DNA of 64,000 nt from Candidatus Helarchaeota archaeon (lineage in GTDB: Archaea > Asgardarchaeota > Lokiarchaeia > Helarchaeales > RDOG01). The notes below the pieces were generated by a model that was not told where the DNA came from, made no database searches, and saw nothing but the letters and a program-made list of their open reading frames with translations. The stretch is taken from contig JAHPZH010000005.1 of assembly GCA_019058315.1 (NCBI GenBank), positions 320,601-384,600 on the forward strand, given 5' to 3'. Shown here in pieces: positions 20,887 to 30,699 of this stretch. Both the position numbers and the translations under genes were made by a program. Within the stretch, counting starts at the first letter, position 1. The number at the start of each line of letters is the position of its first letter.

Positions 20887-22206
20887 TTGGAAGATGAAGT
20901 ATATAAAAAGTATAAAAAAATTAGTAAAGAAAAATGGGGAAAAGATTTTAAATTATGGAAAATTATGTTTGATGGGATTCTGATAAGAGCGAAGACTGAA
21001 CCTTTTACTCCAGCTACTGAATTGTTACTCAATTATTTTGTGAATGTTGGTAGATCTAAAATGAAAGGTAAACCTCTTATAATGCATCCTTTTAACTATA
21101 GTCCTGAATTATTTCACGCTATGGGCATCGAACCGCTCATGCAGGAGATTTTTTCAGTCGGTCTTGCTCCACTTCACGCAAATGAATTTTATATTGATAT
21201 AACAAATCAAATAGGTTATGGAGATAATCCGACTCTTTGCAATGCACAGCGACCTTTAATCGGTTCTTATATTCAGAAGATGGCGCCTATTCCGAATCTT
21301 CTTTTTTTTCTATCTACACCATGTAATTCTATCGCCACCACTTACCAAGTTTTTCAAAACTTAACCGGAGTACCCCAATACAATGTTGATATTCCCTATT
21401 GGAACTATGATGACCCAAATAGTGAGTTTTATGATGAAAAAACATTGGATTATATTTTAGATCAATTGAAACGTTTCATATCCTGGTTAGAACAACAAAC
21501 GAATCAAAAATTAGATGAAGAGAAATTTAAACAGACAATGATCTGGGTTAATAAAGCACGTGAAAATATAATGGAGTTTAATGAATTATTAAGGTCTGTT
21601 CCATGTCCCGTTAACAGTATGCAATCTGGTGTAAATTTTTTAATAATGATAACCAGTGCTGGTACTGAAAATGCCGTTAAAGCGTCTAATTGGATACGTG
21701 ATCAGGCGGCAGAAAACGTCAAAAACAGAATAGCTGGCGTCCCTGACGAAAAGCTCAGAATAGCTTGGCCTTACACTCATGTTTTCTTCGATGCAGATTT
21801 GTTTCCTTGGTTAGAAGAAAACTACCATGCTGTTACAATAATGGATATTTTAGGTCATTATCATGTAAATCCTCATGGTACCTCAACCATTGAAAAATGT
21901 TATGAAAGCTTAGCTAAGGGTACATTGGACTTATCTATGATTGATACATGCCGTGGACCGGTTGAATTTTTTATAGACTACCTTATACGCTTTGTTAAAG
22001 ATTATAAAATTGATTGTATAATTATTCCAATCCAATTTGCTTGTAAACATGCATATTCATTTTTAAGAGTAGTTTTAGAAGAAGTTCGTAAAGAAATCGA
22101 TATACCCTCATTGATGGTCCCTTGCGATCCTTATGATTCAAGGGAAGTAACTTCGGAAACAATTAGAGGAAGGATTGCAGAGTTTCTTACAGAAATTGTA
22201 ATCTAA
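20887..22206 (+). CDS. 2-hydroxyacyl-CoA dehydratase family subunit (alpha-like), paralog 6
   Basis: Close paralog of 16039..17361 on the opposite strand. Confidence 0.85.
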   Translation: MEDEVYKKYKKISKEKWGKDFKLWKIMFDGILIRAKTEPFTPATELLLNYFVNVGRSKMKGKPLIMHPFNYSPELFHAMGIEPLMQEIFSVGLAPLHANEFYIDITNQIGYGDNPTLCNAQRPLIGSYIQKMAPIPNLLFFLSTPCNSIATTYQVFQNLTGVPQYNVDIPYWNYDDPNSEFYDEKTLDYILDQLKRFISWLEQQTNQKLDEEKFKQTMIWVNKARENIMEFNELLRSVPCPVNSMQSGVNFLIMITSAGTENAVKASNWIRDQAAENVKNRIAGVPDEKLRIAWPYTHVFFDADLFPWLEENYHAVTIMDILGHYHVNPHGTSTIEKCYESLAKGTLDLSMIDTCRGPVEFFIDYLIRFVKDYKIDCIIIPIQFACKHAYSFLRVVLEEVRKEIDIPSLMVPCDPYDSREVTSETIRGRIAEFLTEIVI

Positions 22207-22217
22207 AAGAGATTTCT

Positions 22218-22688
22218 TTAATAAGGTTTTGAAATTTCTTCCATAGAAATTTTCTTTTCCATTACGATAAATTTTTTTTCAAACCCATACTTATTAAATA
22301 GTTTTCCTTCTTTTTCTAAATCACGAACGTTAGTTTCGACCCTGCTAACTCCCATATTTTTAAAAAATTCAAACGATGCATCAATTAATGCTTTTCCAAC
22401 ACCTTTTCCACGACTAGTAGGAGAAACCACAAAATTAGAAATATTACCATAAGTTTCTACAAAAGGAGAGACCAAAACTTCAGCTATAATCATTCCCACA
22501 ATTTTATTTTCGTCTTCCGCTATCAACATACCTTGTTGATTATACTTATCTATAGTTCGCCTTTGAATACCATTTTTAAATCTTTTCTCATCAAATTGAG
22601 AACCGGTAACTTTACATAATTCGACCATTAAGTTTTTCATGCCTTTATAATCTTCATTACTCTCTGGGTTATATACTCTTGTTTTCAT
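22218..22688 (-). CDS. GNAT family acetyltransferase
   Basis: VVSPTSRGKGVGKALI acetyl-CoA binding motif A; FNKYGF. Confidence 0.9.
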   Translation of the reverse strand: MKTRVYNPESNEDYKGMKNLMVELCKVTGSQFDEKRFKNGIQRRTIDKYNQQGMLIAEDENKIVGMIIAEVLVSPFVETYGNISNFVVSPTSRGKGVGKALIDASFEFFKNMGVSRVETNVRDLEKEGKLFNKYGFEKKFIVMEKKISMEEISKPY

Positions 22689-22769
22689 TTCTCATCCCGT
22701 CAAATTTTATTTTTATTACAATTAAAAAAAAAAGATATTTGAATTTATTTATTTTCAAATATAGCCTAG

Positions 22770-24794
22770 TTATGCAACGGGAATATCTGGTTTTCCGTAC
22801 TTTTCTCTAATTTTTTGTCTTAATATCTTTCCTACAGGGGACATAGGAAAATCTTCAGCAAAAATTACTGATCTTGGTTTTTTATATCCTGCAATTTTCC
22901 CTTCAACAGTTTTAACTACTTCCTCTTTTGTCATAGTTTCTCCTTCTTTTAGGACTACTACAGCACGAACTGTTTCTCCCCACTCTTCATCCGGAACTCC
23001 AATTACAGCGACTTGATCGATTTTTGGGTGTTCTAGGAGGATTTCTTCCACCTCTCCTGGAAAAACTTTCTCGGCTCCAGTATTTATACATTCTTTCTTA
23101 CGTTCTACTACATAGACTTCTCCATTTTTAATGTAACCCAAATCTCCACTATGAAGAAACCCTTGTTCGTCGATTGTTTGTTTAGTTTTTTCTGGATCTT
23201 TATAATATCCTTTCATTACAGATCCACCCTTATAGCATAATTCACCAATTTCGCCTTCAGGTAATGGATTGTTATTCTCGTCAACAACCTTCATTTCGTG
23301 TCCTTCTAGAATTGTACCCACACAGCGATCTTGTACTTCCTTTGGATCTCCATCTATCCGCATTGTAGCCACTGGGGCCATTTCCGTTTGACCGAACGCG
23401 TCGACTACGATTGCATTTGGGAAATATTTTAAGATTTTTTGTTTATATTTAGCGCGTAATACAGCAGCACCTGATAAAGCAATAGCTACAGACCCCAAAT
23501 CGAATTTTTTATCGGTTTTTTCAAGATAATCCAAAACTCGTTTCCACATAGTTGGAACTAGAAATATTTGTTTTAATTCTTCACGTTCTACCATTTCCAA
23601 AAGTTCTTCACTACTGAATCCTTTACTCTTTAAGAATACGATAATCGAACCTCGAAACATCCAAGATATTAAGAACACAGCATAGGAAGCTAAATGGAAT
23701 AGTGGAGGGACCATAATTGATTTATCTATATCCTCTTCTTCGGGTCTACTCCTCATTGCCTTTTTTAATCTATTTGCTACCTCTTTTTCACCCGTGACTT
23801 TAATCCTTCCTTTCATCATCAATCTTATAATTTTAAACATAAGCTTGATTTTTCCCCATCTACTATAAGCTAATGGTTGAATGTTAGCCAAATCTCTTGC
23901 TTGGTCAGCAACTCCGAATGTGACTATTCCATGATATTGCCCTTCAGGTGGTATACCTACAAATGGCTTTATTTTATCTTCTCGAATTGCAAATGTCATA
24001 ACAGGAAGTGAAGGACCCTTTTTTGTGGGATTTTCTAAAACAATTACTTTTTCCTTCATATCAGGATCTTCATAAAAAATATCTGGAATCCATGAAACTG
24101 TAATATAATTTTCAAGCATTCTTCTCTGTAATTCATTTTTCGCAAATATGGGATCATCTAGATCTTTTATAGGAGGCAAAATTGCCCCTAGGAAAGCCAT
24201 TGCACTCTCTTCATTGTATAATATATTATCATAAGTTAACATTACACCTTTAGGCCTCCCAGTTGTACCTCCAGTGTAAATTATCACAGCTACATCTCTA
24301 TCCTTTACGTCTACTTTAATCACTTTATCTTTAGCCTTATCGATAAATTTATCATAATTTATCATATCTTTTGGAGTATTTGGACCGTCATGAATCAAAT
24401 ATTTTACCTTGGGAATCTTATCTCGTATTTTTTGAAGCTCCTCCATGGCATCGTCATCAAAAATGAAAATTTTGGAATCACTATTATTTAAGAGAAACTC
24501 CATTTCAGAAGCGACATAACGGAAATTCATAGGGACAGGGATTGCGCCAAGGGATTGTACAGCCAAGTTGTTTATTACGAATTGGGGAGAGTTATAACTC
24601 AGAAAACTGACTTTATCTCCTTTTTTTATACCTAAACTCCTTAATGCATTAGCTAATTTATTTATTCTTGTAAGTAATTGTTTCCATGTGTATTTTTCTT
24701 CACCATATATCATGGCGATACGATCTTTTGGGAAATATTTAGCTTTAATTAAAACTGCTTCAAAAAATTTACCTAATTGGACCATAAAATTCAC
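22770..24794 (-). CDS. AMP-forming acyl-CoA synthetase with internal insertion
   Basis: YTGGTTGRPKG, PLFH, FGQTE, HSGDLG, ERKKECINTGAEKVFP, SPVGKIL. Confidence 0.92.
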   Translation of the reverse strand: MNFMVQLGKFFEAVLIKAKYFPKDRIAMIYGEEKYTWKQLLTRINKLANALRSLGIKKGDKVSFLSYNSPQFVINNLAVQSLGAIPVPMNFRYVASEMEFLLNNSDSKIFIFDDDAMEELQKIRDKIPKVKYLIHDGPNTPKDMINYDKFIDKAKDKVIKVDVKDRDVAVIIYTGGTTGRPKGVMLTYDNILYNEESAMAFLGAILPPIKDLDDPIFAKNELQRRMLENYITVSWIPDIFYEDPDMKEKVIVLENPTKKGPSLPVMTFAIREDKIKPFVGIPPEGQYHGIVTFGVADQARDLANIQPLAYSRWGKIKLMFKIIRLMMKGRIKVTGEKEVANRLKKAMRSRPEEEDIDKSIMVPPLFHLASYAVFLISWMFRGSIIVFLKSKGFSSEELLEMVEREELKQIFLVPTMWKRVLDYLEKTDKKFDLGSVAIALSGAAVLRAKYKQKILKYFPNAIVVDAFGQTEMAPVATMRIDGDPKEVQDRCVGTILEGHEMKVVDENNNPLPEGEIGELCYKGGSVMKGYYKDPEKTKQTIDEQGFLHSGDLGYIKNGEVYVVERKKECINTGAEKVFPGEVEEILLEHPKIDQVAVIGVPDEEWGETVRAVVVLKEGETMTKEEVVKTVEGKIAGYKKPRSVIFAEDFPMSPVGKILRQKIREKYGKPDIPVA

Positions 24795-25034
24795 ATCTAT
24801 TTTTTAAAAGCAAGTCGGATTGAACTTAATACTTAAAAAAAATGTAATAAAAAAATCTAATACTATAATGTCTTTTTTTTTATTAAAGTCTAATTTAAGT
24901 ATTTAAATTAAGAATAAATCAATAAAGAAATCTTAAGGAATTATCAATCAAGGAGAAAAGGGCATCTCAAATAGCCATATTAAAAAATAATGGAATTTTT
25001 AAATGAGAAAAAAAAAAGAATGTAAAAGAATTGT

Positions 25035-25250
25035 TTAATAGCCTTTAATTGCTAGATCAATGTCTCCTTTTGTAATTTTCTTTCTTCCGGCATGTTTAGT
25101 GAGTGTATATGCTCTTTTTGAGACTCGAACTGCTTCGTCTTGTAACCAGACAATTAAATGTGCTATTGCATCTCTCGCGACAATCTTTGCCCCTGAATCC
25201 GCCATGACAGCACGGAGAGGCGACCAAGCAAAATATCTTTTCTTTGCCAT
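25035..25250 (-). CDS. Archaeal histone (Asgard/Loki-type), copy A
   Basis: Histone fold with TKHAGRKKITKGDIDLA; start set at ATG 25250 by alignment with copy B (71 aa). Confidence 0.93.
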   Translation of the reverse strand: MAKKRYFAWSPLRAVMADSGAKIVARDAIAHLIVWLQDEAVRVSKRAYTLTKHAGRKKITKGDIDLAIKGY

Positions 25251-25933
25251 ATTTCTTCCCTTCATAAATCATTTATTCTTATCTTTTTTTAATTTAGAGA
25301 ATTGAATCTCTTCAATTTTTCTATTTTTAAAATTTTGATAATTTATTTTGTTTATGAAATATATAGTTGTTATTATTAGAAGATCATTTAGTTTTTATAA
25401 AGATTTTGCTATTATGTCGAAATTTTCGGACACTATGTGATTTAATTCGAGTCAATTTTCTTATCATACTTTTTTGGAGAAATTACTATCCTAGAATTTT
25501 CTTGTTGTAATAAATTTTGATCATAATCAGATATATTTAGAATGTATAATTCAACACAATTTTCTTTTCTATAAACTATATTAATTAAATAATAATTCGA
25601 ATAATATCTAATTAAATTATGACTCGTCATTCTGATCATATATTATTTCAATAATATTCACAAATTATTTATAAAAAATAATTCAAAAACCTGCTAAACT
25701 AATCTTTAGCAAAAAAAATAAGGTTTTAAGAAATTAAAATTTAGCTTTTTTTCTCGTACATAAATTATTCAACAATAATGCGAAAACTTCGAAAAGGCGA
25801 TATCACATTTTATCATTGAAATTTTCAAGTGCATATTGTATTATTATGATATTACCGACGAAAAAACAAAATCTTTATTAAAATTAAATGAAACTTTAAT
25901 AACGACAAATAAAGTCAATATGAGGTAAGAAAT

Positions 25934-26149
25934 TTGGCGAAAAAAAGATATTTTGCTTGGTCGCCTCTCCGTGCTGTCATGAAAGATGCCGGAGCAAAGA
26001 TAGTAGCACGTGATGCATTGGCTCATCTTATAGCATGGTTACAAGACGAAGCAGTTCGAGTCTCAAAAAGAGCATATACACTCACTAAACATGCTGGAAG
26101 AAAGAAAATCACAAAAGGAGACATAAATCTATCAATTAAAGGTTATTAA
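25934..26149 (+). CDS. Archaeal histone (Asgard/Loki-type), copy B
   Basis: Near-identical paralog of copy A; TTG start after GAGGT. Confidence 0.93.
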   Translation: MAKKRYFAWSPLRAVMKDAGAKIVARDALAHLIAWLQDEAVRVSKRAYTLTKHAGRKKITKGDINLSIKGY

Positions 26150-26237
26150 ATCAGAATAATCTTTCATTCCTTCCTTTTTTTTATTTTTTAAAGATAAAAA
26201 TAGTTATCTTTTTCGATTTTTAGTAGCATATTGAAAA

Positions 26238-26906
26238 TTACTTTTCATATTCAATCGGATCAATTAGTCCTGCCATTTCAAAACCATTTAAGCGTAATAG
26301 GCATGAATCGCATTGTCCACAAGCTTTTTTACCACCTTTATAACAGCTCCAAGTTTTTTCATAGGGAACATTTAATTTTGACCCAAGTTGAATAATCTCT
26401 CTTTTATCCATATGGATAATTGGTGTTTTAATGTTAATATTTTGTGCTTTTGATCCTAATTGAATAGCTTTTTGCATCGCTTTTATGTATTCAGGACGGC
26501 AATCTGGATAACCAGAATAATCTATGAAGTTCATACCTGCAAATATAGTATCAGCACCAATTATTTCAGCATAAGCAGCTGCAAAAGCTAGAAAAATAGT
26601 ATTTCTCATAGGAACATAAGTTACAGGAATTTCACTTGTCATCTCTTCCATTTCTCTGTCTAAAGGAACCTCAATATTTTGATCGGTAAGAGCCGAACCC
26701 CCAATTTGAGTTAAATCAACTTTTAATATCTTGTGTTCTTTAGCTCCCACTGAGCTTGCAATATTTTTTGCGGCATCTAATTCTCTTTTATGTCTTTGTC
26801 CATAGTCAAAAGAGAGGGCATATACTTCATAGCCTTGATCCTTTGCATAATATATTACTGTAGATGAGTCCAATCCTCCAGAAAGTAAGCAAATTGCCTT
26901 TGTCAT
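26238..26906 (-). CDS. queC: 7-cyano-7-deazaguanine (preQ0) synthase
   Basis: LSGGLDS, DYGQRH, TYVPMRN, YSGYPDCR, WSCY..CGQCDSC. Confidence 0.97.
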   Translation of the reverse strand: MTKAICLLSGGLDSSTVIYYAKDQGYEVYALSFDYGQRHKRELDAAKNIASSVGAKEHKILKVDLTQIGGSALTDQNIEVPLDREMEEMTSEIPVTYVPMRNTIFLAFAAAYAEIIGADTIFAGMNFIDYSGYPDCRPEYIKAMQKAIQLGSKAQNINIKTPIIHMDKREIIQLGSKLNVPYEKTWSCYKGGKKACGQCDSCLLRLNGFEMAGLIDPIEYEK

Positions 26907-26919
26907 TCATTAATCCCCT

Positions 26920-27384
26920 TTATAAATCCCCATATGCAGCCCAAGAGCCCGTATTTTCATTAAGCATTATTTGAAATTTTTTAACATTAAGCCTTTCTTT
27001 TAAAATTGAATAGATATATTGAGCTAAACATTCCGCAGTTGATGCATCAATTGGTATTTGGGCTATATCTTCTTTGGGTATTGAATAGAATTTCTCAGTC
27101 TTTTTAATTTTAATGTCTAAATTATTTCCATTTTCATTAACATGGATAGCAGGATTTTTCATAGGTAGAATTAATTTATGATCCAGATGTTCTATCGATT
27201 CTAGAATTATCTTTTTTACTTTTAAAAAATCAATAATCATAGAATTATTATCCAAATCCCCAAAAATCTCAATTTTAACATAGTAATTATGGCCATGTAT
27301 CCGAGAACATTTATCATGTTCAATTAAAAAGTGGGCAGCACTGAAATTTAGTTTTGGATCATCTAAAATTAATTTGTGACTCAT
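26920..27384 (-). CDS. queD: 6-carboxy-5,6,7,8-tetrahydropterin synthase
   Basis: FSAAH, CSRIHGHNY (CxxxHGH), LDH, STAE; lies between queE and queC. Confidence 0.9.
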   Translation of the reverse strand: MSHKLILDDPKLNFSAAHFLIEHDKCSRIHGHNYYVKIEIFGDLDNNSMIIDFLKVKKIILESIEHLDHKLILPMKNPAIHVNENGNNLDIKIKKTEKFYSIPKEDIAQIPIDASTAECLAQYIYSILKERLNVKKFQIMLNENTGSWAAYGDL

Positions 27385-27396
27385 TTTATCATCTCA

Positions 27397-28182
27397 TTAT
27401 AAATATCCTAGAAATTTATGAGTTTGAACAGAAATTCCTATTTGATCTGGGGTGAGATACTTAGCTGCAGCTTCTGTTAATTTGCAAATATGTTGAAAAT
27501 TAGGAATTATTGCTTTATTTTTTTTCGCACTTACTATTTGAATAGCTAATGGAACATCTAATTCTGATAATCGACTGGCATACCATTCAATATTTTCAAC
27601 TTTTGTGGAAATTGTTACCACAACTTTCGCAAAAATCTTCTTCTGTGCATTTACAAAAAATTTTATGGTCTGAAATTCTTTTTCCACTATCTTTTTCCAT
27701 TCTTTTAATTTGATTGCCGTTTCATCTTTTATATCACAACAACAATAATCAAAAAACTCGACAATTTTTTTAGCATTTTCAGGTAAAGATCCATTAGTTT
27801 CAAGATAAAGTTTAAAATCTGATAATTGTTCTACCAACTCGCATAAAAATTCTATTTGGTAAAGAGGTTCTCCACCTGTAATACTGATTGAATGGAGATC
27901 TGGAGTGGAGATTTTATTAATCCAATTTAAAATTAATTCCACATCAACAGGATTTTGTAGATTGATGAAATCACCACATCCAGGAGTCTTTTCCACTTTA
28001 AAATCTTTGATTTTCACAGTTTGTGCAAACGGGGAATCACACCAGACACATGGATGCGAATCTTTAGAAAAATTGCAACCTGCAAAACGAATGAAGCATT
28101 GTCTTTTACCATAACAGCTACCTTCTACTGCAAACCCTTCGCCTTGAAATGAAGAAAAAATTTCTACTAAGTATCCTGGCAT
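27397..28182 (-). CDS. queE: 7-carboxy-7-deazaguanine synthase (radical SAM)
   Basis: EIFSSFQGEG, FIRFAGC, CVWCDS, ITGGEPL, LETNG, QTHK. Confidence 0.92.
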   Translation of the reverse strand: MPGYLVEIFSSFQGEGFAVEGSCYGKRQCFIRFAGCNFSKDSHPCVWCDSPFAQTVKIKDFKVEKTPGCGDFINLQNPVDVELILNWINKISTPDLHSISITGGEPLYQIEFLCELVEQLSDFKLYLETNGSLPENAKKIVEFFDYCCCDIKDETAIKLKEWKKIVEKEFQTIKFFVNAQKKIFAKVVVTISTKVENIEWYASRLSELDVPLAIQIVSAKKNKAIIPNFQHICKLTEAAAKYLTPDQIGISVQTHKFLGYL

Positions 28183-28675
28183 CTACAGATCCTTCAATAT
28201 TTTTTATTTTTTCTTAGATTTGTATATTAAAACCCTTTCCAAAAACTATAATTGTCAAATATAAACGCTTTTTATTTAAAAAAAACTTGAATCCCTTCCT
28301 TATTTTTATCGACAAAAAACAAAATAATCTGAAATCTTACTGATTTTAAAATATTTTCATAATCTAATATGAATTAACATGTAATGAATAACTAATTATA
28401 TTATTAATTTTAATTTGTTACAAAATTTGTAAAACAATTATAATTTTATAATAACCAAATTAAAAATTAAAATAAAAATGAGGAAAATATCAAATTTTCA
28501 AATATTTCCAACAAAAATAAAGACATTACTAAGATATTTTAGGTCAAATTATATTTTTTATTGGTACTGATATCATATGATTTTCAAAATTTACTATTAA
28601 TTCAATAGATATTATAAACATTTAAACAAAAACCTTAAATATTTCCCTTTTGAAACCTATTACGAGGGTATCAAT

Positions 28676-29062
28676 ATGGATCTGACCGATTTTAAAGCAA
28701 AGGATATTATGGTTCAAAAACTTGTCACTTCAAATCCAGATGAGAAAGTTGGTTCAACGGATATTTTAATGGTTCGGAGGGGTGTTGGTTGCTTATTAAT
28801 AACCAAAGATGAAAAATTAGTCGGAATTCTAACAAACCGTGACATTATTAGGTTAAAAAATTCTACTGACGCAATTCATAAAACTGTAGGTCAGATAATG
28901 ACGAAAAACCCAATGACAATAACTGCGGATACTGATTTGAAATCAATTATTAAAATTATGGTTACACATTCAATAGAACATCTACCTGTAATTGAAAATG
29001 GAAAACTTGTTGGTTTGGTCGGTCATAATCAAATTTTTAGGTCAATAATGAAATTAATATAG
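28676..29062 (+). CDS. CBS domain pair protein
   Basis: AKDIM, KLVGILTNRD, VGQIMTKNP, HLPVIENGKLVG. Confidence 0.92.
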   Translation: MDLTDFKAKDIMVQKLVTSNPDEKVGSTDILMVRRGVGCLLITKDEKLVGILTNRDIIRLKNSTDAIHKTVGQIMTKNPMTITADTDLKSIIKIMVTHSIEHLPVIENGKLVGLVGHNQIFRSIMKLI

Positions 29063-29098
29063 AGTAAAAATTGCTTCGAATTTTAAATTTGAATAATA

Positions 29099-29293
29099 TT
29101 AAGCTTTTACTTCATCTATTTCTGTTTCTGTTTTAGCTTCATATATTAAATAAACCCCAGTTAGAATAAACATTATGGGTATAATTACACCAATTGTGAA
29201 TAATACCTCACTTAAAATGAATAATGTAAGAATAATTCCTCCAAAAACCAAAATAATTATCCCTAAAATTAATTCAGTCTTATATAAAACCAT
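29099..29293 (-). CDS. Small two-TM membrane protein
   Basis: Two hydrophobic segments in 64 aa; fills a gap between genes. Confidence 0.6.
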   Translation of the reverse strand: MVLYKTELILGIIILVFGGIILTLFILSEVLFTIGVIIPIMFILTGVYLIYEAKTETEIDEVKA

Positions 29294-29410
29294 AATTTTA
29301 ATTATATTTGGTATTATTATAACTTTTTTGGAGTTCTAATTAAAATCCATAAAATTCTTTAAATCCTAAATTTAAATTAAAAATGAATAGTAAAAAGATA
29401 ATTTGTTCTG

Positions 29411-30238
29411 ATGTTGATTACTCTAACTCAGAACTCAATCAATTTAGGAGATTTGCATTTGTCGATAAATAATAAAGAAATTGTTGAAAAATTTAAATCA
29501 GTTTTTAAATTGAAAGATTTACCAATTGCTTTTTTTTATACAGATAATCCTCCTCAAGACGTCTATAAGCCAAAAGCAAAATCCATAGAAAATCTTCCTT
29601 GTATAATCCAATTTTTGAATGGAGTTAGGAAAGGTAGGACTCTTGTCCTTGGTAAAGAGAGTAGAAATTTGTGTCCTGGAGGATTAGCCTATTTAGGTTT
29701 TAAAAAGATATTTCCTGGGTTAGAATATTTTTTATCGACAGGAATAAGAGATAAAGAAGGTAATTTGGTAATAGAGGGGGAGAGATTTAAAAAAACTCCA
29801 GAAATAGCCAGAGAACTGTATGGCAACATTCCTTATAGAAAAAGTCCAGCAAAATATGCCGTATTCATGCCTTTAGATAAAGTAAATAACGAAATATATA
29901 AACCAAGTCTTGTAATTTTCTTCGTTAACATGGATCAATTAAGTGGTTTAATTCAATTAACACATTATGATTTGACTAATAATAGAACCGTAATAGGATA
30001 TGGTTCTGGCTGTAGTTCTATTGTGACAGAACCATTAGATGAACTTGAAAAAAGTGAGACCCCTAGAGCTGTAGTCGGTATGTTAACAGACATTTTATCA
30101 AGAGGACATATAAAAAGAGATGAAGCAACTTTTACTGTTGGTTATAAAAGGTTACTTCAATTATATGAAAACATTGAAGGAAGTTTTATTGAATTAGAAG
30201 CTTGGAAAAAAATACAAAATAGGAATAAGATTAATTAG
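29411..30238 (+). CDS. DUF169 family protein
   Basis: PIAFFY, CPGG.AYLG, EGERFKKTPE, GSGCSS; true start may be TTG at 29459 after GGAG. Confidence 0.82.
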   Translation: MLITLTQNSINLGDLHLSINNKEIVEKFKSVFKLKDLPIAFFYTDNPPQDVYKPKAKSIENLPCIIQFLNGVRKGRTLVLGKESRNLCPGGLAYLGFKKIFPGLEYFLSTGIRDKEGNLVIEGERFKKTPEIARELYGNIPYRKSPAKYAVFMPLDKVNNEIYKPSLVIFFVNMDQLSGLIQLTHYDLTNNRTVIGYGSGCSSIVTEPLDELEKSETPRAVVGMLTDILSRGHIKRDEATFTVGYKRLLQLYENIEGSFIELEAWKKIQNRNKIN

Positions 30239-30273
30239 TTAATAAAGTTTAGGTAATAGAAGGAATTTAGGAA

Positions 30274-30681
30274 ATGATGGAAGATCTACCTATAAATTCG
30301 AAAGATTTTCACTCTTTTGGTGAATTAATAGGATTAAAATTCACAAAAGTAGAAAAGGGATATAGTCAATGTGTAATAGAAGTAAATGAAAGATTATTTA
30401 ATCCACATAAAGTTTTACATGGAGCGGTACTTTATTCGATGGCTGATACTGGTATGGGAGGGGCAGTTTATCCATATTTAGAAAAAGGTGAACTGTGTGC
30501 AACTGTAGAAATTAAGATCACATATTTTTCAGCAGTAAAATCGGGTAAAGTTGTATGTGATACAAAAGTAATTCATAAAAGGAAAAAAATTGTTATTTTG
30601 GAATCGGAAATAAAACATGATGATCAGCTTATAGCAAAAGCTATAGGAACCTACTCAATTTTCAAAGTAAAACATGATTAG
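30274..30681 (+). CDS. PaaI family thioesterase (hotdog fold)
   Basis: NPHKVLHGAVLYSMADTGMG, TVEIKITY. Confidence 0.92.
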   Translation: MMEDLPINSKDFHSFGELIGLKFTKVEKGYSQCVIEVNERLFNPHKVLHGAVLYSMADTGMGGAVYPYLEKGELCATVEIKITYFSAVKSGKVVCDTKVIHKRKKIVILESEIKHDDQLIAKAIGTYSIFKVKHD

Positions 30682-30699
30682 AATCAGGTGTTATAAAAT

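Noticed and set aside
25442-26026. ORFs 25442..25639 and 25844..26026 near the histone genes
   Set aside because: Very AT-rich or antisense to histone B, with no motif or ribosome site.
26238-28182. queEDC as a proven Dpd DNA-modification defence island
   Set aside because: No dpdA/tgt or other dpd genes are visible; tRNA archaeosine supply is the default explanation.
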